A stretch of DNA of 64,000 bases from Octopus vulgaris (Eukaryota), in NCBI GenBank assembly GCA_951406725.2, contig OX597814.1, positions 121,458,001 to 121,522,000 on the forward strand. The letters run 5' to 3'. Each line of letters starts with the position of its first letter. Positions within the stretch are counted from its first letter, which is position 1. The notes under the pieces were generated by a model. That model did not search any database and had not been told where the DNA came from. It saw only the letters and a list, made by a program, of their open reading frames with translations. A program made the translations under genes and the position numbers. Shown here piece by piece: positions 55,077 through 64,000 of the stretch.

Positions 55077-55952
55077 TTGGATCATCCCATAAATAATGCG
55101 GTTTTTCAATTGCAGGAACTAAAAGTCTGAGGTAGACGGGATAATCTACCTGCATCAACATGCTATAAAAGCAGGTAGTAATTTTACCTTGTAATTATTC
55201 TTGGTGCAAGTTTTGAAGAGTGCACTTCGATTTTAACAGTTATTTTTTCAAAGCTGTACTGGAAGTGACAAAGGAGCATATTCGGCATATTTTACTTTAT
55301 GTGTCCAATAAAGGCAACAACGCAATGGAAAGTGCTAGGAATATTAATGCAGTATATGGCGATGGGACAATAAGCGTAAGCCAATATCAGCTGTTGTTCC
55401 AGAAATTCCGAAGACGAGCCTCATCCTTGAAGTTCTGTAGGGATCGACGAGGATGTCCTGGAGGAACAAAATCCCATTGTAACTGTTGAGAAACTAACAG
55501 ATAATCTTGGATTTGATCATTCAACTAGACATTTAAGTCAGCGCTAGAAGCAAAACGGCCATCTTTGGTTTCAAGACGAAATGTGTTCTTCCATCAGGAT
55601 AATGCTCGCTACATACACCGAAGATGACATTCCAAAGGTTAGAGCAATTTGAATTGAAAACGATGCCGTATCTGTCATATTTGCCGGATATTGTCGCATC
55701 TGATTATCATTTATTCCGCAAATTTAAAAATCATGAATTCTGTAGAAGAGGTCAGAACAGTACTACAGGAGTATTTTTCGTTACGAACATGTGAATTTCT
55801 ATTGAGGAGTCTGGAGGTCTACCAGGTAGATAGAAGAGTATTGTAGAAAATGAATGAGAGTATATTTCAGATTTAAAGACAACTTTGTTTATCTTAATTT
55901 TCAAAAATAAAAGAAATATAAAAAAAATAGCATTATTTATGGGATGACCCAA
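55077..55952 (+). mobile_element. Internally deleted mariner (Tc1/mariner) transposon
   Basis: TIRs TTGGATCATCCCATAAATAATGC / GCATTATTTATGGGATGACCCAA with TA TSD; KEHIRHILLY..., FHQDNAR, YLPDIVASDYHLF (YSPDLAPSD-like). Confidence 0.95.
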
Positions 55953-56197
55953 TATGTGGCTACTCGCGAGAATATAAAGGTCTAAAACAATGAGTGGAAG
56001 CATAGTACAGCCTAGTGACTGTCGCAGTATATATGCATAGAAGAGTATATAAATATGTATGTATGTGTGCAAGTAGAGAAAGAGAAAGAGAGAGAGAGAG
56101 AGAGAGAGATAAACATGCAGACAAATAGAGAGACAGACAGAAACAGACTGACGTAGACTGACAGAAGCAATTAGACATACGTACATGCATAAAAGTA

Positions 56198-56508
56198 TAT
56201 AAGGGTGACCTCCACCTTTTGGTCATGAATGGCTATGGGATTCCACCTAGAAAGTTACCCTCCGAGGCACAAGTCCGCACAAGGTTGTTTATGGAAGACT
56301 AGCAGTCGTCCATGCAATACCAGCCTCCCCTGTCCACGCGGCCAATGTTATCCAAGGAAAAGGCAAAGGCGGATAAATGTTGGCGGATAAAGTGACTCAT
56401 TTCTACAGCTGAGTGAACTGGAGCAGTGTAATATAAAGTGTCTTGGTCAAGAACACAACACGCAGCCCGGTCCGGGAATCGAACTCACAACCTCACGATC
56501 GTAAGCTA
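56198..56508 (-). mobile_element. tRNA-derived CORE-like SINE with different tail from family C
   Basis: B-box GAGTTCGATTCC, TTCTTGACCAAGACACTTT, CTGCTCCAGTTCACTCAGCTG; 3' half unrelated to 9770-9940. Confidence 0.8.
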
Positions 56509-56532
56509 GATGCAAGTATATACATACATACA

Positions 56533-56662
56533 TATAGTTGAAATTTATAAACAAATAAAAGACGGAGACAGGTGTATGAACAACAAGGAAGTGTATGAGT
56601 TTGACGCAGGGGAAAATGAAAACGTGTTTTACGCTTCCAGCGTCCGCTGGAAACACGTAGGT
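56533..56662 (-). mobile_element. Short PLE-like terminal element, homologue of 9345-9502, next to (TA)n
   Basis: TTGTTGTTCATACACCTGTC shared with 9454-9473; hammerhead position occupied by hairpin ACGTGTTT-CCAGCG..CGCTGG..AAACACGT. Confidence 0.65.
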
Positions 56663-56675
56663 ATTATATATATAA

Positions 56676-56758
<83 letters not shown>

Positions 56759-58237
56759 TGTATATGTATATATGCATAAATACACACACACACACACATA
56801 TATATATGCATTATTGACAACGAAATTGTAAAGTTAGTTTTAAATAGTATTAAGAATATACAAAATGAAGACTTTATTAAAATATAAACAATTTAAATGA
56901 AAGATATTATTGAAATGCTAAGTGAACTAGTTGATCAATGTTTGTAAGTGTATGTATGGACGCGCATTTCTGAATTTCTTCATGAATACAGATGTAAATC
57001 AGTATATATTCCTTCTATTATTTACACCGTCAGGACAGGTAACAGCATGAAGAAGGGATGTAACGAAGCTATTCCTTGAATAGAAATCAGAAAATGAGTG
57101 GCAGCCTACGAAATGCTGTCAATATAATTGACTAAAATCTGTGAAAGCCGTGCCCCAGCATGATTGCAGTCTAATGACTTGCAGCCTGTAAAACAACTTT
57201 TGATAGTTCCTATAATGTCAATAAGTGTGAGAAATACCCGCTGTTAAATAATGTTAACGTATTCATGTCTTTACAGTAACTTTCTAACACCAGCTAAGAA
57301 CATTTTCTTTTTCTAACTAGAAATGTCATTTTTATCGATTCGATCGTACACATTTTATGCAATGGAATGAATAATGCATATATTCAATGCTGTTATTTTT
57401 ATGTTTTCTTATTTACGTATCTCTTTTTTTTTTACATTCAAACTCTATTCGCCATCTTAACAAATTACATGTTGAAATCTTTTCAAAACTCAAGATATGA
57501 TCTTGATATATACTGGATCTTGTTCGGTTCATATTCATAAGGTTATATATTATTGGATACTGTATAATTTTTATGCGGCTTTTTCAAGGAAGAGAAAATA
57601 TTCTCTATTACTATTTTTCAGGGGCACCAAGATCGCTATGGAGAAGAGAGTAGTATGCCTACATAATTTGTGAAAATCGCTAAAACCCAACAGGGTAATT
57701 CTAACTCAAAGAATTGAATAGAATGTCAGTAGTAATATCTCATTGATAGTTATTACATTTTTATAGTTTCTTCAGTAAAGGCAACATATAAACATAGAAA
57801 TTAAAATGGACATTGAAATGAATGTAATATATAAATGCGTGGATATGATACAATGGTGTGCAATAAAATGCATAACATTTAGTCATTATTGCTGCATGCT
57901 TCATAAAATATAAACCAACAATGAAACTTTCTAATAAATTATCTATACCTTATGAAAGTTTGTCGAAAATTTATCACTATTCAGTTATATGTATCTATAC
58001 ATCAATAGTTTGTATATATACATATCAACCTTCCCCGTCTCTTCTTACGCACGCGCATTAACACACACACATAAGAATGAGTGAATAAACCAAATAAATA
58101 GGTTTTCATTCGGCCATTTGCAACTTAAATATTTGTAGCTTCATCACACGAATGTAGCTCGGAGACTGGCGTGCTTGTATCATGTAATGAGCCTACGAAG
58201 TTTTAATTTGCAAGGGGCTGAATCAAATACTATCTAA

Positions 58238-58244
58238 AATAATG

Positions 58245-58321
<77 letters not shown>
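58238..58321. repeat. (TAA)n microsatellite
   Basis: Direct reading. Confidence 0.97.
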
Positions 58322-58323
<2 letters not shown>

Positions 58324-59533
58324 ACTTATATATATACGCGCGCGCACCCCCATACACACGTATGCATGTGTGTATGCGTGTGCCTGTATGTATCTATGCA
58401 ACATCAGCATGATACACTTTAAATGATTTACAGGTGCCCTCCATAGCTAAATAGAATTAGTGACGTGTATTATATGAAAGAAAAACATCTGCTGGTAAAC
58501 TTATTTTAGCTTAAAGCTAATGAATTGATCAAATAAATTCTGAACTTAAGAACCACAATATTAATTTCCAGCACACGATCAGCTCTTGTCAAGGATGTAT
58601 CAGATGATACGCTTTCAAGTTGTGATTATCTTGCATTTTCAAGACGAGTATATATCGCAAAGAATGTCTTCCACGATTTTCTTTCTTAATGTGTTTTTTT
58701 TTTCTTAGCTGAATGTCGATTCGTTTATTATTTCTGGCAAATAAAGACGTAAGGATCCCAAAGAGAGGGGAATGCTTAATTAGACTAGGATTCTCGTATG
58801 TCATATAAATATATCTAAATTTAATATTGTTCTATATGGCTCCATGCTATAAGTAAATATTCTTTTATTTATAAGGCTAATATGGTCGCATTTTAAACTT
58901 TATTCGTTTCTCCAGATTGAATCTAATTGTAAATTCTGTTAGGAAATTTAAATACATAACTCAATACCAATTGCAACTGTCGGTATAAGATAATAAAACG
59001 CCTTGAGATTACAGTGTTAAACTTAATATAAAACATCAGCTGTCATAATACATTCTAGATTTATTGCATATCCTGTTTTATAAGAGTTTTAAGCAATAAA
59101 TTTCGAAGTCCAGATGGCAGTAGTCGTAAGCATAAATCCTGGTACAAGAAGACATAATTAAAATATTCGGTAAGAATTTCAACTTAATTTCTTTAGGCGT
59201 TAATATTAAAAGGTGCATAAGGTAAAGAGCAGCTGCTATTTGGATTGATCACGGTAACATATGAACAGATTCAGCTCCAGGTATATGAGATGTGCATACG
59301 CAAAGTATATCTTTCAGCAAATGTTTTGTGTACAAGTTCCTTCCTTATCAACAACGGAAAAATATTAATGTCACCTACCCGCAGGATATATGGTCATATT
59401 TTATATGAATAAAATATGTACATTTCGTATTCATATTCAGAGAAATATATTCAAATGTGGTTTATAGATTGTGTACTATACATAAGCACACAATACACAT
59501 AGATATGTTTGTATGTATATATATATGTATATT

Positions 59534-59592
<59 letters not shown>

Positions 59593-59678
59593 GTTTGTAT
59601 ATATATATATACATGTTTGTATGTATGTATGTATATATATATATATATGAATAATATACATACATTCATATATATATA

Positions 59679-59774
<96 letters not shown>

Positions 59775-60972
59775 TATATATATATATATGAATATATATA
59801 TATATATATATCAATATGATGGTAGGAAACCTTATTTAACATATTGCTTACACAAAAATGTCTTTTTGTGCATGGAAATGCCGCTTATATTGAGTAATCT
59901 AATGAATATAGTGACACATTCTGACGAATAGAACGCCTGTGTGCAGGCTTATTACATAAGCCAACCAATTACATAGAAATACGCATACACACACATATCT
60001 TTGTATGTATGTATATATATATGTATGTATGTATGTATGTACATTTATACATATATTGAAGAAGATAGAGTAATGTTACGTCGAAAATTGGAAATATATA
60101 TATATATATATACATATATTACAAAAGTATGTGTCTTATTCATTATTATATTCGCGTATGTACGTCTATATATAAAGAGATTTGTCTCAATGACGCACAT
60201 GCCGTTATGAATAGATGCAGTAAATAATCTATCTTGTCCCTATTAATATCTGAATTTTAATAAATTGTCGCCTTGCTTAGAGGTCTTAGAGCTGCAATTT
60301 CTATTAAATATCTTGTATACAATTCGATGTAGTATTGTTTACAGTAAGAAAGTGCTATCTACATAGATATATGTATTCCCAAAAATACATATATTATTTT
60401 CTCTTCCTGCATTGCCAATAAGGGATATTGTATGTATATATATATATGGATGGATGGGTTGGATGGATGGATAGATGTACGTACGCACGTGTTTGTGTAT
60501 ATATGGTTGTGTGCTTTTGTGTAGAGAGATATAGACACATACATATTCAGATACATACATACATACATACATCAACTATATTAATGGATGTTACATTGAT
60601 TTCATATAGAATCCGTTTCTAATTATTGATTTCTTATTTTAGGGATAAGCTCGCACATTGTCGAATAATAGAAACAAAACGAAAAGCTGGATTCTGCCGA
60701 ATCAATAAAATTTCGTAGGTGACAGTGTGGTCTGTACACTGACCGTCTTGAAATTGTATACTGAGAGTGTCCGGTTTCGTGACTTCTTTTTACAGATATC
60801 CCGAAGCTAATTGAAAGACAGTGAGATAATTTGTCCTTAGACATTAAAACATGGCAAAAATATCGTCTTTGTTTGCAAGAAGAGGATTCTTCTAAATGTA
60901 ACTAAAAAGCAGATGATGTTATACCAGGTGATTGAGTGGATTTACTAAACAAGTTTTGATTGAGATTATATA

Positions 60973-61238
60973 TTGGGTCATCTCATAAACGATGCAATTT
61001 TTCTATACTTCTTTCATTTTTCTAAGTTAAGATAAACAAACTTCTTTTTAAATCTAAAATATATCCTCTATTTTCTACTATTCTCTTCCATCTATCTGGT
61101 AGAATTGCAAGACCTCACTTCCAAAATTAATTTGTCCTTGAGGAAAGATACTCCTCTGCCTTTTCTACAGAATTCATATTTTTTCCGTCTTTTAGTTCAT
61201 GCAATTGAAAAAACTGCATTATTTATGGGATGACCCAA
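60973..61238 (-). mobile_element. Mariner MITE, same family as 55077-55952
   Basis: Same TIR, TA TSD; interior is mainly the 3' end of the longer copy in reverse. Confidence 0.92.
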
Positions 61239-62048
61239 TATATTCATACAAGAAGCTGCACTTCGATGGAATTTAAGTTTAGAGAGAAAAGTTATATAAG
61301 TAAATTCGTATAACCTATACGAATTCATCGGCCAATTAGAATTATTGCCGATTGAGTCGGAACTGATCGTAATTGAAAAATCAAGTATTAGTTGTGTATA
61401 CTTTTCTGGTTTCGTTCTGTGAGAAATGATATGACTCAAGATATTTGCTGGTACACTAACATTACTAGGCTTGAAATGAATTCTAAAAAATTATCAGTTT
61501 TAATATGCAGCAGGAAACATGATTTTCCTATTATCGTTAAACCGCAAACCGGAACGGAAAGTTTGAAAATGAGAAGACTCTGCTAAAGATATCACAATTT
61601 ATCGAAGGTAATGGTAAAATATGCAGAAAGTAAGGGTTACGGCCCAGGGATTCTCTTCAATTTTCATCTGTCCAATTTCTTTGACAAGGCTTTGGTTAGC
61701 AAGAGGTCATGGGAAGTGACATTCCTTGGAGGATTATTTAAATCTAGCCGGACACTGGATGTCTTTGAAGTGAACTTCCAAAGCACGCAAGCATGTTGGC
61801 ACTAATCACTTTTTATACAGACGTATATACGATGTGGAAGCGTGAGTTCCGAGGGCATTGCTTTATTTGTCTGTCAATGAAATGGTTGACAGTTTATTGT
61901 TTCAGTGATAGTTCCTGGACATATAAAACTATTCCCTGTGCTATATTATATCAGCACTGCTTTACCATAGAGAGATCTAATAACATTAATAATTTTCGAG
62001 TGTATATGATATCAGACAATCAGTAAATTTCTTAGTTTCTTTTCTCAC

Positions 62049-62299
62049 CAACAATATTCTTGTGTCCATATCCATGGAAAGGAAACCCAATTTTCGCAGA
62101 TCTCATCTACTTCGTTATTAGCAGATCCAACAGAATTAAATATATTACCAATGAGTGGAACATCTAAGTTACTGTTCCGCCCATTTGATACAGCAATAAA
62201 ATTCCAACAAATCACGGCCTCCACAGACTTAAAATATAAGAACACACGTAGAATAATGTAGATTAAGATACACTGTGTCTCAAACCAAAATGATGGCAT
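62049..62299 (-). CDS. Putative first coding exon of a secreted or membrane Cys-containing protein (exon 62349-62049)
   Basis: Acceptor TTTGTTGTTATTTAATCCTAG|G, 50-nt leader with in-frame stop, ATG at 62299, hydrophobic N-terminus ending VEA|VICW, donor TG|GTGAGA overlapping the ORF stop; non-repetitive. Confidence 0.55.
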
Positions 62300-62361
62300 A
62301 TTCCTAGCTTGAAAGCTTTCAAATCTACGTCTGTCGAATCAAACGTGGCCTAGGATTAAAT

Positions 62362-62425
<64 letters not shown>

Positions 62426-64000
62426 TATTGGCCATTTGGTGTACTCCAGATCTTGTTTTTAATTCCCCTAGGATAGACCGTCGTAAATGTCACTCCCGTA
62501 GATTAATACAATTCCCGCATAAGTAATATAGAAATGTTATGAAATGATTTAAAGTAGAAATTTCGAACCTGATATCTCGCTGTAATCATTCCATACTCTT
62601 GTAGTCACCGTCACCACATATTGAATGTACCAGCCAGTTCTTTAAGATTCACAAGAAGTGAAATTTAAATTATATCCTATACACATTACGTGATAGGGAT
62701 AAATTAAACTGATTAAATTATTCTCCGTTATATTGGTCCCGCTTAGAGTTTGCTGAGATTATGGAGACTGTACATCATTAATTAGAGAATTAAATATTTT
62801 GTCTCTGAGGTAAGATCCGGTTGATATCAAATGTTTCATTTATACGTGGTCAGTAAGAACTAGTTACAGATCGTGCTGATATAATCAAATATAATCCACG
62901 CTTACAAAATGTGATTTCTTACACGCGTAACTGAAACGAATACATGATATCTAGCTGTAGACGTATATATTTCTTTCTCACAATGGAAACGTAATAGTTT
63001 TAAATTGGTAAATGAAACCCAACGAAGTAATTATATACTGCACCTATCATAAATGCAGTTTTACCCACATACTAATAAGTATATATCGGAAAATATATTT
63101 GTTTCTCTGATGTAAACAGCGGTAGTAGAGAAACATTGATGATTACTAGGGTTCTCGAATCTTATGTTCTCCCAATAATATATGTTTCCACGCTCGCCAG
63201 AGGTATAAATTGAAGAGAGTTCCCACTGTAGAAATTAACTTTTCAAATCCGATGATAGTTTTGGGATTTCCTTTTGAAGGTTTGTGTATATAGCAACTGC
63301 TCTGAACAAGATACGTAATTATTAATCTAATGTAGGACCCGGTGGTGTATTTAATTTACAAGCAGCTGCTAGAGGATAGAGTAATTTATGACTCAGAGGA
63401 AGAGGTATAATCTTTGTTAAGTAATCTTCAGTATATGAAATATACGCAGCCAGTGTCTCTTCTTTTAAAAGGTTGTTAGAGTATATAAAATTACAATGAT
63501 TACAGAGATTTTCCTTACAAATACAAATACAATATTGTTATTGTGTGTCTTTGATATAATAAATTATTTAGCACAGGTGTTTTTGACGGAGGCCAGTTGT
63601 TCATGTAAACGTTGTTGGAAGCTTTTATATGATTAGAGCTTCTGAAGTAGTATAAAGGTTGTGAATATATTATAATTTTAGATTGAACGTAACTGCAATT
63701 ACGTCGTTGATACAGAGAAACAAGAGTGTAGTACTGAATACGGAGGAACATCGAAAACCTGAAGGACTCAAGAAGAGATGTAATGAAAGCCAAAGTTATA
63801 ATATGAGAATGAGATTTCGTCAGTATTGATAAATTAATACGAAACAAAAAAGAATTTGTTTTACTTGTTAGTTTCTAAATCAAAAGAAACATGTTTAAGA
63901 AGTAGAGGACTAGACAACATTAATTTCAGTGTACTTGCAATAGAACTAGCGGGATAAGAAACAAAATGTGTATACTATTTCATTTATCTTCGAATCCAGA

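Noticed and set aside
57622-60927. Plus-strand exon-like segments (57622-57694, about 60643-60927) with AG/GT borders
   Set aside because: Frames checked contain stops; such splice-like motifs are common in AT-rich DNA and need RNA evidence

Overview
AT-rich, microsatellite-saturated eukaryotic DNA. The SINE families and repeat landscape suggest an octopus/coleoid cephalopod genome (inference from recalled repeat families, not a database search). Almost all supplied ORFs are artefacts of (TA)n, (TATG)n, (GATA)n and (TAA)n arrays. The interpretable content is decayed mobile DNA: three or four tRNA-derived SINE families, R4/Dong-type restriction-endonuclease LINE fragments, RTE and CR1-like LINE ends, a possible L1/Tx1 end, Penelope-like (PLE) remnants including short elements with degenerate hammerhead-ribozyme cores, mariner derivatives and non-autonomous Helitrons. 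The only credible host coding exon is at 62049-62349 on the minus strand (signal-peptide-like N-terminus, splice sites on both sides). I found no intact multi-gene system. The patterns most worth following up are: retroelement families each associated with a particular microsatellite, hammerhead-bearing mini-elements, SINE/LINE tail sharing, and many fold-back or inverted structures that could form dsRNA if transcribed.
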